A stretch of 64,000 nucleotides of DNA from Octopus vulgaris. Taxonomy: Eukaryota. Below the pieces are notes generated by a model that was not told the DNA's origin, did no database searches, and saw only the letters and a list, made by a program, of their open reading frames with translations. Within the stretch, counting starts at the first letter, position 1, and each line of letters begins with the position of its first letter. A program made the position numbers and the translations under genes. Location of the stretch: positions 496,001 through 560,000 of the forward strand of contig OX597815.1 of assembly GCA_951406725.2 (NCBI GenBank). Reading direction: 5' to 3'. Shown here in pieces: positions 40,582 to 54,967 of the stretch.

Positions 40582-40786
40582 ATCCAAACACGAAAACACA
40601 AAAAAAACAAAAAACACAGCAACGCGAGGACGTGGAACAAATAAAGTATTATTGGACGCTCAGGAAAGAAGGGAAGAAGGAGGGTTTAACGTTTCGAGCG
40701 GAGCTCTTCGTCGGAAACATAGGAGAAGGAAAGATCCCGAGAAGGGAAGACAGAGGAAGAAAAATCGGCAGCGGTACTCACGAGGT

Positions 40787-40790
<4 letters not shown>
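40578..40790 (-). mobile_element. PLE pseudo-LTR-like repeat with hammerhead-like motif
   Basis: Minus strand 40718-40684: GTTT-CCGACGA-A-GAGC(TCC)GCTC-GAAA-CGTT-AAAC; flanked by (TA)n. Confidence 0.6.
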
Positions 40791-40817
<27 letters not shown>

Positions 40818-41369
40818 GTACAAAATTTAAAGGACTGACCACTAAAAGTGGACAGTCAATATGCTAGATATAGACGTCAAAATCGCTATTTTCCACGAAG
40901 AAAAAAAAACTCAGCACAAAACCGAAGTGTAAAAAATAAGCAAGACAATGAAAATATACGATTACCTATGTACCGATCAGTTTCACTTGTTAATAATCAC
41001 ATATATGCATATGCAAAAATCTGCAAGATCATCAGCATAGTCTGTCGTTTACAAACATAATTTCCAGAACTAGATACAAAAATGCTTGACCAGAGTTCCG
41101 TATGCATAGAGTTCAACAAATTATATCTATGTGTATCCTTCAAATGCCTTCACTTTGGCGTGCTGAGATCGGAAATCTACCCTGCAGTTAATAAATTACA
41201 GCAGTCAATTTACCGGTTAGAGAACATTTTTTTATTATTTAAAATTGAATAAGGGTAGAAATTGATATTAATCAATTAAAACCAGTGGCCTAGCATATTA
41301 AAAAAATCCGAAGATTAAAATATTTTTTACATACAAAATTTAAAGGACTGACCACTTGGTGTTACAAGG

Positions 41370-41905
41370 AGTTTTGTTGATCTCTCGCTCAACTGCACCC
41401 CACACATAATAATAATAATAATCAAGGGGGTTAGGTAGCCAGATGTTAGGGGTGATGTGGTCGCAGAAATTGTCTGACAGCCATGACTGGGTTCTCCTGC
41501 TTGTGTGATATGGTGCAGAGTCCTGTTATCAGACATAAGATTTTCCAGCAGCCACCCTCTTCACCCAGGCAGGCAGTACCTCCTCCAGGCACTTGATGTA
41601 GGCCTCTGTGTTGAGTCTGATGCCATGTGGGAAGATGAATGGAGGCATAACATTGCCTTCATTAGTGATCACTCCAAACTCCATCACATTGACTGGATGT
41701 TTCATTTTTATCACTCTCGGTCCATGTCCTCAGATTGACACCCAAACACCCTGAAATGTTTGTATTGGAGCTTCTGGCATGAATGCCAAGCAGTACAAAG
41801 ATGGTGCCTAACTGACCCTACTATACTGTGTAGCTGACAAAATCAAAAACAAATGATGCACATGTGCAAAATCAAAATGATAAAATGGCGACAATTTACC
41901 CATCC

Positions 41906-41908
<3 letters not shown>
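41370..41908 (-). mobile_element. Internally deleted Tc1/mariner (maT-like) fragment
   Basis: KHPVNVMEFGVITNEGNVMPPFIFPHG...AYIKCLEEV...WVKRVAAG, homologous to 18370-18560; TIR-like end next to (TA)n at about 41882-41908. Confidence 0.8.
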
Positions 41909-41975
<67 letters not shown>

Positions 41976-42552
41976 TTATAGTTGGAATTTCCAAAAAAAA
42001 AAAAACAAGACGAAGACGAGTGTGTAAACAACAAACAGATGCATCAGTTTAACGCTTGGGAAATGAGAAAGTCTTTTACATTTCGAGCCTACGCTCTTCG
42101 ACAGAAAAGGAACACAGAAATAAGCAAGGAGAGAAAATAACAAAGATTTAGTGGCTAGCAATCAATCATGGTGGCGAGGCTGACAATCGATGTTGGTATG
42201 TTTACATCCCCATAACTTAGTGGTCCAACAAAAGAGACGGATAGAATTATTTTGTTCGACTAAAGGCAGTGCTCCAGTATGGCCACAGTCAAATGACTGA
42301 AACAAGTAAAAGAGTATATGTATGTATATATGTATAGATATATATACACACACACATATGGTCATAACGAGGATATTTAAACCTCTTATAGGGATATTTT
42401 AATCCAAGATTCACTGGTTTGATATATTTCTTCAATGAATATATTATATAAAATATCATTAGATATCAAATATCATTATGAAGTTAGAAAGATCTAATGG
42501 ATACAAATTAATTTGTAACCATTAGATCTCTCTATTTTCTAACTCAATAATA

Positions 42553-42613
<61 letters not shown>

Positions 42614-43190
42614 CGTATTTATATATATATATATACATATATATATATTGCGCGCGTGTGTGTGTGTGTATGTATGTATGTGTGTATATGCCCCCCCCCC
42701 CACTATTTGATAACAGATGTTGGTTTGTTTACATCCTTGTAACTTAGTTGTTTGGCAAAAGAGACCACCAGAATAAGTACAAGGCTTAAGAAGTAAGTAG
42801 AGGGGACAATTCATTCAAGTAAACCCTTCAAGTTGATGCCCCAGCATGGTCGCAGTGCACTGGCTGAAACAAGTAAAAGGTAAATGAATCTGTAGCAGTC
42901 CTTATTCTCCTTGCTCAGGTGGACTTGCAACAAAAGTCATTTGAAGCCACACAAAATAAATATGACAACAACAGCAACAACAAAAATACATCTAAATTCT
43001 TTCAAGAAAGAATATTCTCCAAAATCGTGTCCATGGAACAATATTTAAATTAAAAATCCACTTGCCTCTAAAACCTTGATGATTAATTGCTTTCCTGTGA
43101 TTCACTGAATTTAATTGACCTAAAATTCTAAAACATTGTTCAAGACACACTCAATTATAATATGTGACACAATTTAGTCATTTTTTTTAA

Positions 43191-43412
43191 CCCTTTCATT
43201 ACCAACCCGGCCAGAACCGGCTCTGACACTGTAGTACAAATGTCTTGTTTTCATAAGTTTTGAATTAAAATCTTCCACCAAACCTTAGTCACAATTTATG
43301 TTCCTAACACTGAGCTGAATGAATACTAAGTTATTTTATTAAATTCTTTGTTATATTTAAAATAATTGAAAGAAACACAGAGCCTCTCAACAGAAATACA
43401 GTAACGAAAGGG
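43191..43412. mobile_element. piggyBac-type MITE
   Basis: TTAA|CCCTTTCATTAC ... GTAACGAAAGGG|TTAA. Confidence 0.85.
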
Positions 43413-43567
43413 TTAATGTTCAATTAAAAAAAATTTTGTTTTTAATAGCCAGGTGCAGCCTTCTGGCTCACCAGTCCTCAGTCAAACCACCCAACCCATG
43501 CCAGCATGGAAAGCGGACATTAAACGACGACCACGACAATGATGATGATGATGATGATGATGATTAA

Positions 43568-43786
43568 CCCTTCAGCATTCAATTATTCAGTGAAATGTTA
43601 TGCTTATTTATTCACATGGCTTTTAATTAATCCTGCATTATCTCATAGCTTTGAGATTCTGATTATGAGATTATTTGTTTTTAGAATCACCTTGTAGGGT
43701 AAGTGTAAGAGGCTGGATCTGGCCAGTTTGAACATAACACAAGTAGAATATTTGGGATGGGCATGGCTGGTTTAAATGTTAAACAG
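43568..43786. mobile_element. piggyBac-type MITE (second family)
   Basis: TTAA|CCCTTCAGCATTCAA ... TTAAATGTTAAACAG|TTAA; related decayed copy at 51849-52032. Confidence 0.65.
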
Positions 43787-44334
43787 TTAAAGTAAACATA
43801 TGAACTGTCTTTATTGATGACAGGCTGACAGTAGAGTGTGTGTGTGTGTGTGTGCGCGCATGTGTGTGTGTGTGCGCACGTGTGTGTGTGCGCGCATGTG
43901 TGTGTGTGCGTGTGTGTGTATTATGTGCTGGGTCTGAAAGGACTGGCAGCACCCATGGTCTTTCACAAGTTCTCCCAGACCAAAGAGACTAATTCTATTA
44001 ATGTTCCTCTTGAACCTCAAAAAGTCAACATTTGCAGGAAAGATATAAGAGAGATTTCCAGAGGAGCAAGATTCTGGTGAGAAAGGACTGGATGTAGTGA
44101 TTAGTATAGGGTCTTTGGGGAGTAAGGAGAGTTGATCACAAGGAGAGTGATCAGAAGAGAAGAGCCAAGCGGAAATGGCCTGAAGTCAGCTCTGAGGAGC
44201 AGAGGGCATTATAGCAGTGGTAAGTAACACAGAGAAGTGCAAATGTAGGCCAGAGACAGACGTGTGCCTGTGAATTACTTTATACCAACCAGTAGGGTGG
44301 CCCTTTTCTGGATATAGTCTATGATGTCAGTATG

Positions 44335-44665
44335 TATTCAATCCCACTGTGTGACACCTTTGGCAAGTGTCTTCTATTTGACCCTTGCGCTGACCAAAGC
44401 CTTGTGGGTGGATTTGGTAGACAGAAACTGAAAGAAGCCCATCGTATATGTGTGTGTGTATATTTTTGTGTCTTTGTCCCCCCACCATTGCTTGACAATC
44501 GATGTTGGTATGTTTACATCCCCGTAACTTAGTGGTTCAACAAAAGAGACTGATAGAATAAGTATTAGGCTTACAACGAATAAGTCCTGGGGTTGATTTG
44601 TTCGAGTAAAGACAGTGCTCCAGTATGGCCACAGCCAAATGACTGAAACAAGTAAAAGAGTATAC
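44335..44665 (+). mobile_element. tRNA-derived SINE
   Basis: Same family as 2375-2760. Confidence 0.8.
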
Positions 44666-44670
44666 ATATA

Positions 44671-44718
<48 letters not shown>

Positions 44719-44721
<3 letters not shown>

Positions 44722-45025
44722 TCATCATCATCGTCGTTTAATGTCCATTTTCCATGCTAGCATGGGTTGGATGGTTTGACCAGGGTCTGGGAAGCCAGGA
44801 GGCTGCACCAGGCTCCAGTCTGATCTGGCAGTGTTTCTACAGCTGGATGCCCTTCCTAACGCCAACCACTCCGAGAGTGTAGTGGGCGTTTTTTACGTGC
44901 CACTGATACAATAACCAAGTGGCAACGACCACGATCGGTTGGTGCTTTTCACGTGCCACCAACACGGAAGCCAGTCAAGGCGGCGCTGGCATCGGCCACA
45001 TACGGATGGTGCTTTTTAGGTGCCA
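44719..45025 (-). mobile_element. RTE 3'-UTR fragment inserted in (TA)n
   Basis: (CAT)n-CGTTTAATGTCCATTTTCCATGCTAGC...GGATGCCCTTCCTAACGCC. Confidence 0.85.
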
Positions 45026-48000
45026 TATATATATATATAATAACAGAAAAGGAGGAATTTCAATTATCCCACATGGTGAGTTGAAAGATATATATATATA
45101 TATATTCACATGTGCATAAACATTTCATTAAGTCTATAAACATAGTTTAATTTATCTTGTTTTGTCTCGCTTCACTTTCAAATAAGTCAAGTGATTTAGT
45201 GACAGGCCTTGCTTAACAATGTACAGAAGAACAACTGCGTATAAATGATGAATGATGGTGGAGGTGGGTTCAAGTTTTTACCTGAATGTCAGAAAAAGTT
45301 TTGTCCCATGATGCTGACATGTTTTTGAACTAATTAATGTCTTTTGAGAAAATGAGGTATCTTCAATGATATCCTTCATGGAAACAATTGGTCAATCAAC
45401 AAAACAATGGTGAAGTTGATTTGCATTTGATCCTCCTCACTGCCTGTTCTTGTTTACCTCTCCAGAACACCAAATAATAAAAAACTCATTGTGTAACTAA
45501 GTTTGAGAAATTATTTCGGTGACTGCCAATTCTAAGAGGATGAGGTAGCACAGCAATGAGAAAGTGTCACTTACTGAGATCTAATAAAGATAGACACAAC
45601 TCTACAGCCAGAAACAGTGTTAATATCTTCTACAGCTGTTTGACAACCATTTGATGGAATTCTATTGAAGAGAAAGGAAGAGAAGGTGCAAGGGGGAGCA
45701 GGTGTTAAGAAACAGGTTAAATACCCAAGAAGGAACTCAAATTCCAGTTATATATTCATTCACATCAATTAAATCAACCTTGTCTCTGTTTATAAAAATG
45801 GTGTTAAGCTATCATCAGAAAAGGGGGCAGCAATTTTAAAAGAGAGTGAAGTCAATTTATAAATGAGGGCCATTTACTGTTGTAAGAAATAATTAAATAC
45901 ATCTGTAAAAGAATCCAAACCCTGACTCCCCATTTATTCTACTATTTGAATAGGGAAAAGTGATGGAGCCCATTGGATCATATATTTTGCAGGCTTTAAC
46001 ACATCACAATACGTTCTGTATTCAAAGTCAACTCTGTTTTCTTATTTCATTTTCCTAGAGGTGATGCCATCCAAAGCCCCCCTTCCTTAAAAATTTGGAG
46101 TTGTACTGGGACAAGGATTCGACAATAAATAGGGATCTGTTGTAGAGGCAGTAACAATGGAGAAACTACAACATTCAATGTAGTCTCTCTCTCCCCTGAG
46201 CCCTTTCCCATCTCAGTATTGATTGGAGTGAATGTTTATCAATAAAATATGTGGTAGGCAGGCAGTGGTCGATTGAACGAACTTTCTCCTGCTACAAAAA
46301 GCTGTCTTCTTCTACATTGAATTTTAAACATTGTCTCAGTTACAATTGCATCCAACTTGACATTGTCTTTCATTTTTCTGGACTCTGGGAAAGAAAGAAC
46401 CAGCCAAGCACTGTTCCACCTCACTTGACCATTCGTGGTCAATATTAAACAACAACAAAATCAATGTTGTTGTTGTTGCTGCTGTCTGACCCCGGATCTG
46501 CCCTAAACAAACAAAACTAGGACCAAAGGCATTCCAGCCATGATCATCTCAATAACCGACACCCCACCACTGAACCCTTACATTGATCTTGTTCTCTAGA
46601 AAAACCTCTGTCCGTCTGTCTGTCCCCAGAAGCTAACTTTGACCGAAATATTTCCTCACAAAATAACAAAGAATAACAGATTTGTCTTGTGCACTTTTAG
46701 ACTGGCTCCTGCTACACAACTACTACTACTACTACTACTACTTTTAGTAGTAGTAGTAGTTATGCTAAGAAGGGGGGGGGGCTGTTTCCACCCCTCCCGT
46801 CCCCCACTCTCCATTAACAACACCAGCAACAACCACAGTTACAAATAGTGGGAGACAAAATAAGATGAAAAACAACAAAAACTCTCCTCATTATAATGAC
46901 TACCACCACTACGATCACCACTGCTGCTGCTGCCTCCATTTCCACTGTTTACTTTTAACATCACAACCCGCCATTACCCCCCCACCACCACCACCACCAC
47001 CGCCATAATAAATAATGTTTTGCACTTTTAGTTTGATATTAACACACACACACACACACCTGTCTCTCCCCTCCATCTCCTCTCTGACCCTCCTCATTCT
47101 TTCTCCCCCTCTCCTCTATCTGCCTTCTTCTCTCTCTCTCAAACAATTATACAAGAGGAGGAGGAGGAAGAGAATGTAGTGTGACTCATCCTGTTCTTGT
47201 TGTTGTTTAACCCCAGGTCATACTTAATTAAGTAAACCTTTTCAACCATGACCATCCAGTCTTTTTCCTATGTGCAGGAGGGAACCAAGAGCACATTATC
47301 TACAATCTGTTCTTCTTTTTTAAGACAATGAAGTGTAATTTGGAAGAGACATAGCTGCTATTTCCAGCAGGTTCCAGCAACCATTTGTAGGCCTCCCAGG
47401 TGGCTGGTTGTTAGGGCTGTCTTGGAATATGGAAAATAAACAAAACCCCCCACCAGTGAGGGGCGGAGTTAAGGTATGACCTGTGACCTGTGACATGTAC
47501 TTTTAGTGGATGTTCTTTTAGTGTCTGGGCTTCATCTTAGAAATAGAAAGGGACACCACATGTTTAGAGAGGTACCCCTCTCCACACACACATACCTACA
47601 TACACATATTAATACCTATATAAACACACACATATATACAGACATAAATACCTACACAAATACACATGTACATACATACATATCTATATAAATTTATATG
47701 TACATATATCTACATACACACACATATTCATACATACATACATACATACATATATCTAAATAAACATAATTGCAAACATATATGCATAAATACATGTATG
47801 CATACTCATGCACACACATATATATATATGCATACTCACGTGCATGCATATATATATACACACACACATGCACACACACACACATCCCTACTGCTCAGTC
47901 TGGTTCATTTCCAGAGAGACGGCGGATTGACAGACTGATTTAATTTAAATTACTGTGACAAGCAGCATCACTAACAACACCACCACCACCTTCACCACCG

Positions 48001-49393
48001 CCACCACCACCACTAATATGTCAGACATCACTACAACCATGACCTTCACACCATCAGCAGCAGCAGCATCATCATCATGAGCATAATAAATCTTCTCGGC
48101 AATTAATGGCTCTTTTCTTAACTCTTTGTAATACTCCGCTGCATCCCTCGTCCTGTGGAAGGTTCCACTGGTCATCTGCTCACCAGCGCCATCTGAAAGC
48201 CAGGCTCGTTATGTCTTGGCTGCTGATGAATAAATGCAAGTTGAGTTTGTGTCACCTGCAAATTTTCCTGGACAGTGAGTGGGTCTAGTCCCTGTTCGTA
48301 ATGCATGTTTTTCTGCAGCTCATCTCTTTGAAAAAGCTGCAACCATGGGCCAAGAAAAGACCAAAATTGAACACTTGGCACCTGGAATATCATCAAGCAC
48401 TCACTGCCCTCCACCAGCAGCATAATGTGATTGGTTGAAGTTCCACTTTGATAATATATATAGAGGACTAGTGATGATTAAGAGCAACGACATTCTCATT
48501 GAATCTCTAAGCATTGATGAGGAACAACTAACTGGTCTGCTCTGATGACTTTCGGGCCAGAGACCAGTTCTTAACCTCAAGTGAACATTAAGTGGGCAGT
48601 GCTACTGTGAAGCACAATCAGTTCCATAAGAACTCCAGTCAGTCTACAATACGGCTGGTTTCCTGGTTTCTCTGGCATGAATATATTGCTCCATGGATGG
48701 GACACCAGCCATCACAGCTGAGTGAACTGGAATGTTTTGTTCAAGAACACAATGTATTGGCCCTCACAGAGGTGGTGACAAGTGATTGTGACCTTTGGTG
48801 ATGTGCTGTAAGTAAAATCGCTATTGTGGTCAGTGTTACCCATGCCAGTGACTCATTGAAAGGCACCCACTACACACTTAGAGCAATTTGTGTAAGGAAG
48901 GGGCTTCCGGCTGAGGAAACAAAGCCAAGTCAGACTGGAGCCAGGCACCGCGCTCCAGCTGACCAGTTCAACTCAAACCATCTAATCCATGCCAGCATGG
49001 AAAACAGGTGCTCAATGATGATGATGATGATGATTTATAAAATGTTAAATTATTATGAAGGGAAACCACATAAAAAGCAGAGTCTGTGAAGCGGTTGGTA
49101 TTAGGAAGGAAATCCAGCTGTCGAAACCGCACGGAGACAAACGACTGGAACCTGGTGCAGCCCTCCAGCTGGCCAACTCCTGAAAAACTATCCAACCATG
49201 CAAGCATAGAAAGCGGGCATTGAATGATGATGATGATGATGATGAACAGTTAATGAAAGAAATGAACAATTTTTAAGTAATTTTGATATGACAAATAGGT
49301 GTCATGCAAAGGTATTCACAAATATTCTCAAAGTAGTTCAAAGGGAAACTTTGTAATCACTTACTTTTAGTGAAAACAAATGAACAGAGAGAG

Positions 49394-49434
<41 letters not shown>

Positions 49435-52214
49435 ACAGAGACAGAGAGAGAGGGGGGAGAAAAAGGAAGACTATATCACAGTGAATAAAAATTAGTTTTG
49501 TGACTTAAGCAAGCACCTGAAATTTTTAATAATAAAGGAGCTTTGAAACCTCATTTTGATAAAAAAATATATTACAATTGGAATTTATAAGCATTTTCTA
49601 GGCAGTGTACACTTTCATAATTGCTTTCTTTTAGTAGCACAGTATCAATGTGAAATGATAAAGAAATAATAGTTGCAGATGAAACTCAGTGAAAACATAA
49701 AAAGGACCAAAATACATAAAGGGGAAAATCTTAAAAAAATTAGAATGACATAATAACAGTTAAGCTTAGGATATAAATGTCATGCAGAAGATATTGTACT
49801 AGTAGAATAAAACTAAAACATAACAACATACTTAAAAAAAAAAAAAAGCCTTGGAAATGTTGGAGTTTTTCAACACCAAATGTCTAAAAACCAAAAAATA
49901 CTGTTTCGGTTGCACTCATACCCAGTATGGGATATTAACAGAAAAGTCATGGAGTGCTCAAACCTAACGTAGACAGTAATCTTTCAGGTTTATTCCCATT
50001 TAATTCTATCCTGTTTTATCATACTTCTTTTATATTTTTATTTCCATGCAAATAAATTTCCCTTTAAAAATCTTAAAGTGCCCCCCCCCCCCCCGTCATA
50101 TATTCTGCAACATCTCCCAACCTCTACCTTTTCGATCTCTAAACTTGTTTCCCTTACTATTTCTTCTCTCTTTTTAACCCCTAATGAAAATTTTTCTAGT
50201 TTTCTATCTCATCAAGCTTTTGTATATAATAAAGAAACTTTTAGTATTATTATCATTAGTAGTAGTAGTAGTAGTAGTAGCATTTAATAATGTATCCTTG
50301 TCAGGTTGAATCCACTCAGCCCATCTCCTCCCACCTCCTATCAATGTCAGAGATAAGTAACTAAGGTCAGTTAGGGAACAGATGGTGTCCCCCCCTGTTT
50401 CCTTCCTTAACCCCTACCCACCCATCGATAACTACTTCTGGGCCCAAAAATACCAACTTGATTTGAGGAGAAAACAGATGTATTGTTTATACATGGCTTT
50501 ATGCTTGTATATTTATGAATGGGGACAGGTAAGAGTTATATAAATACCAGAGAACCCCCCACCCCCTGAAAAAACCAGGCGCCAATATCTAAGCGTTACC
50601 TAAGCCTAATTAGATTACTTCTGAAGAAAAAGCAAACCATACCAAAGTAAGAGATCCCCACTAACAATGGATTCACAAACACTTAGCATTGCACGAGAAT
50701 GAAGGACAACCCAGGATAATGAGACTAAGATAAAAAGAAATCCACAATGAAGCATAACAAATGTCTATTCCCATGAATGGGTACAAGTGTAGTCGTGCAA
50801 ACACGAGATTCTTGGTTCGATCCCATTACATGCCATCTTGTGAAAATGTCTTTTGGGGTTGAACTGAGTAAATCCTTGTATAGAATTGGGACCAATGAGA
50901 ACTGGGTGAAGTGGACAATGATGGAAAGGGCCAGTCATGTGATACACTGTGGCACCCTAATGCTACCTGAGAATTATGGTAATGATACGCAATCTGCGGA
51001 CTACTCAGCCAAATACACTAGAAATCAATAAGTAGAGAGTTTAATTAATCAAAAAAGTAAATAATTACAGTTATAATCGATGTCTAAAATCATTTACACA
51101 CACACACACACAGCAGCAGCAGCATTGTGATAGGAGCCACCTTGTACAGGTCAAATTCCACATCAGACAACCATGACAACTGCTGCACTTTAATAACGAT
51201 GATTTATTCAGACAACTAATCTAGCCATCTTGTCATTAATTCGGCTTCAGGCGGCAAACTTGCAGACTTGTTATGGTGCCTAGAATGAAATGTTTGCTGG
51301 CATTTCTTCCAGTTCTATATCTGTTGAGTGCAAACACTGCCAAGGTTCACTTTCATTTTTTCATCCTTTTGAGGGATATCAAATAAGGACCAGGATCAAG
51401 CACTGGGACCAATGATATCAACTTAACCCCTCATCCAAAATTGCTGGCCTTGTGTCAAAGTTTGAAATCCTTATTAATTTGGCCTGGAGAATGGGAGGGT
51501 GGGGGCATCACTATGACAGCACCCACCACCACCATCATGACCACCAGTGACACTATTTAACATTTCTTTTAAATAGCCACATGTTGATGGTTGAAAAGAA
51601 AAAATCGTGCATGGAGGAAGCTTCAGAGAGATGTTCAAAGGTGAAAGGACTGAAGTCGTGGTTTGTTTTGAACCAAGGAGGTGGGAGGATGTAGAGTGAA
51701 AGGTGATATTCACCTCTGGTGGTGGGAAGAAAATTATTCTCAAACTGAAGTGGGGTGGGGGCAAAATACCTGCCCCCTCAAAGTGAACTTGACCAAAAAC
51801 ACCCAAGGAAGCAACAATGGGTTAGGATTAAAATAAAGCATAGGTTAACCGTTTAGCAATTTCTCTCTCAAATCTATTCACAGTTTTCAATTAACCATTC
51901 ATTCTCTTGAAGCTTTGAAATTTCATTGGTGTCATTGCTTGTTTTTAGAATGACATTGAAAGGTTGGTGTGAGAGGCCTGACCTGAATAATTTGAACACA
52001 AAACCACCAGAATATTTGGGCTAGATTTAGAGTTAACTCTATCATCACAAACCTAAGAGCATAATGATAGAGGATAACACCACAAGGTACCTTGCCCAAT
52101 GTCCACCTCCTAGTCCATCACCATGAATGGCTCCTTCAACTACTCCACTGAACACAGAACTAATTTGATTAGTTCCATTAATTCTTCATTATTAGTTTCC
52201 ATCAATAAATCGTT

Positions 52215-52525
52215 ACCTGCGTTGCCTTACTGGCACGTGAAAACATTTGAGCAAGGTCGTTGCCAGTGCCGCTGGATTGACTCCTGTGCAGGTGGTACGT
52301 AAAAAGCACCATTTGAGCGTGGCTGCTGCCAGTACCGCCTGACTGGCCCTTGTAAAAGCACCCACTACACTCTCGGAGTGGTTGGCGTTAGGAAGGGCAT
52401 CCAGCTGTAGAAACTCTGCCAGATCAAGATTGGAGCCTGGTACAGCCATCTGGTTCACCAGTCCTCAGTCAAATCGTCCAACTCATGCTAGCAAGGAAAG
52501 CGGATGTTAAATGATGATGATGATG
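52215..52525 (+). mobile_element. RTE 3'-UTR fragment
   Basis: Homologous to 58640-58966, with (GAT)n tail; further copies at 53090-53320 and 53350-53660. Confidence 0.85.
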
Positions 52526-52626
52526 AAATCAACTCTCTGCACTTTAATTATTTCTCCCAGCTTCAACATTTTTAACAGGTATTTTATCAGCTTCACATAC
52601 TGGAATGTACATATACTAATACACAT

Positions 52627-52662
<36 letters not shown>

Positions 52663-52721
52663 TTTACACAAAGATAGCTTCAAAACAAAATAAGTCCTGT
52701 GCGGATGGCTATTCTCTAGAC

Positions 52722-52922
52722 CAGTGGTTTTCAACCAGGGTTCCGCCAGTGCAGTCCAGGGGTTCCGCAAGAAGTTACAAAACTGCTAAAATTGGCAGTA
52801 ATTTTTAATTCTCCTGTGCAGATATGTGTGCATAAGACTATTAAATTATTGCTCAGGGGTTCCTTGAGCCAGTGGAATGTTTCCTTGGGGTTCCGCTCCA
52901 GCAAAAAGTTTGAAAAGCACTG
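52722..52922. mobile_element. hAT (Charlie-like) MITE
   Basis: TIRs CAGTGGTTTTCAACC / GTTTGAAAAGCACTG; 8-bp TSD CTCTAGAC / CTCTAAAC. Confidence 0.85.
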
Positions 52923-54967
52923 CTCTAAACTATAATTATTAACGAATGTGTAGATAAAAGCTGGCATTTTTTTGCTGTACTTGAGAAGACACACGAAGCT
53001 GAGTAAAACCATGGTTATCCTTGCATGGAGGCTTGTCCCCTGCATCCCTCTTCTGCTGAGTGTTCCTAATCTTGCAGGCTTGTGGGTGCTGGTGCCACGT
53101 AAAGAGCACCCGTACTTGTGCCACATAAACACACCCATGCTGGTGCTGCATGAAAGCACCCAGTACATTCTGTAAAGTGGTTGGCGTTAGGAAGAGCATC
53201 CACCCATAGAAATCATGCCAAAGCACACATGGAGCTTGGGCAGTTCTTCAGGTGGTCAGCTCCTGTCAAACTGTCCAACCCATGCCAACATGGAAAAAAG
53301 ACATTAAATGATGATGATGACACACACACACACACATAGATATATCGTGTCACCTTACCAGCACATAGAAAACTACATTCAAGCGTGGTCGTTGCCAGTG
53401 CCGCTGGACTGGCTCCCATGCAGGTAGCATGTAAAAACACCTTTTGAGCATGGTCGTTGCCAGAACCGTCAGAATGGCCCTCATGCCGGTGCCATGTAAA
53501 AAGCACCCACTACACTCTCGGTGTGGGTGGCGTTAGAAAGGGCATCCAGTTGTAGAAACATTGCCAGATGAGACTGAGCCTGGTGCAGCCTCTGGCTCAC
53601 CAGTCCTCACTCAAACCGTCCACCCCTCACCAGCATGAAAAGCGGACTTTAAACGATGATATATATATATATATATATACAGACGTATACACACAGACAT
53701 ATATATACACCCATACATACATGCTGTTATACATACCTACAAATCTATATGCATACATATGCCAACTGTTATAGACAGATGTACGTCTCATATAGATATG
53801 TGTATAGTAACATAACAGATCAGAGCTGAATAAGCTGTTTTACACTACATGTCTAGTTATTATTTCAATAATAATTATTAAGTAATTAAAATATAATTAC
53901 TAATTGGGTTTTTAATTAATAATAATGACACAGAAATATCAAGCCTCATGGCGCTTTAGGTGTTTTCACTCAATAAACACTCAGAATGCCCAGTGTGGGA
54001 ATTGAAACCGTGATCCTATGACCATGAGTCTGCTTCCCTAACCACTGGGCCACTGAGCCTCCACACAATATACATACTCTACATGCAACATCATAATTAG
54101 TCTTGGCACGGTGCAAAGTATTCTTCACCAAAAATGCTCCAGAAATATTCATTTAAATTTTGAATTCCTGGGGCTCCAACCAAAGTCTAACACTGAACAA
54201 ACGGGCAGAATTAATATTGATTTCAAATTTTGGCACAAGGCCAGCATTTTCGGGGAAGGGGGAAAGTCAACAATATCGACCCCAGTATTCAACTGTCAAT
54301 TTTATTGACTCTGAAAGGATGTGGTGGAATTTGAACTCAGAACGTAAAGATGGATAAAATGTTCAGTGTGGGCTGCCATGGGGAAGTGTGAAGATTAGGG
54401 ATTGGATGTCCCATGACAAAATCTTCTGCTTCCGAGACCCTTTTTCTCCCCTCAGGCTGTAAACAAAACAGAAGACAGTATTTGTGAGCAGCAGCGGTGA
54501 AGCAGGGAAGTGCTTGGCTGTAAAAGTGCTCGGAACAGCAGAAATGTACTGAAAGAGGTAAAAGCAAAAAGCAGCAAGCCAGACACTTCCATCTCCAACT
54601 GGATGACACAGTGCTTAAAGTACGCCCTATTCATTAATGGCAAGCGAGGGAGGGAACAAAGCGGAATTAGTGAATCTCATCTCCCCGACCCGTCACCCAC
54701 AGACACCACACACTCTTGAAATAATATAAATAAAAAAAACAACCTTCTGTCTAAAAGTACATCTATCACTGGTGCCCTTTCCATGTATGAATATGTATAT
54801 ATAACATGTATATATATATACACACACACACATACTTATGTATGTGTGTTGGTGTATGTATATATGAATATGCATTTAATGTGTATAAACACACATACAC
54901 AAGGAGAGAAAGGGCCATGGGAGACAGCTGTACTTTTAAACAGAAAGTTATAATTTTGGTGGTTTTG

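Noticed and set aside
48085-48420. HDV-like ribozyme in a possible RTE 5' region (CCCTCGT; downstream TWNI resembling an APE start)
   Set aside because: I could not assemble the nested double pseudoknot; too degenerate.
54440-54560. Plus-strand exon with acceptor TTTTCTCCCCTCAG and donor GAG|GTAAAA
   Set aside because: All three frames contain stops; cannot be supported as a coding exon.
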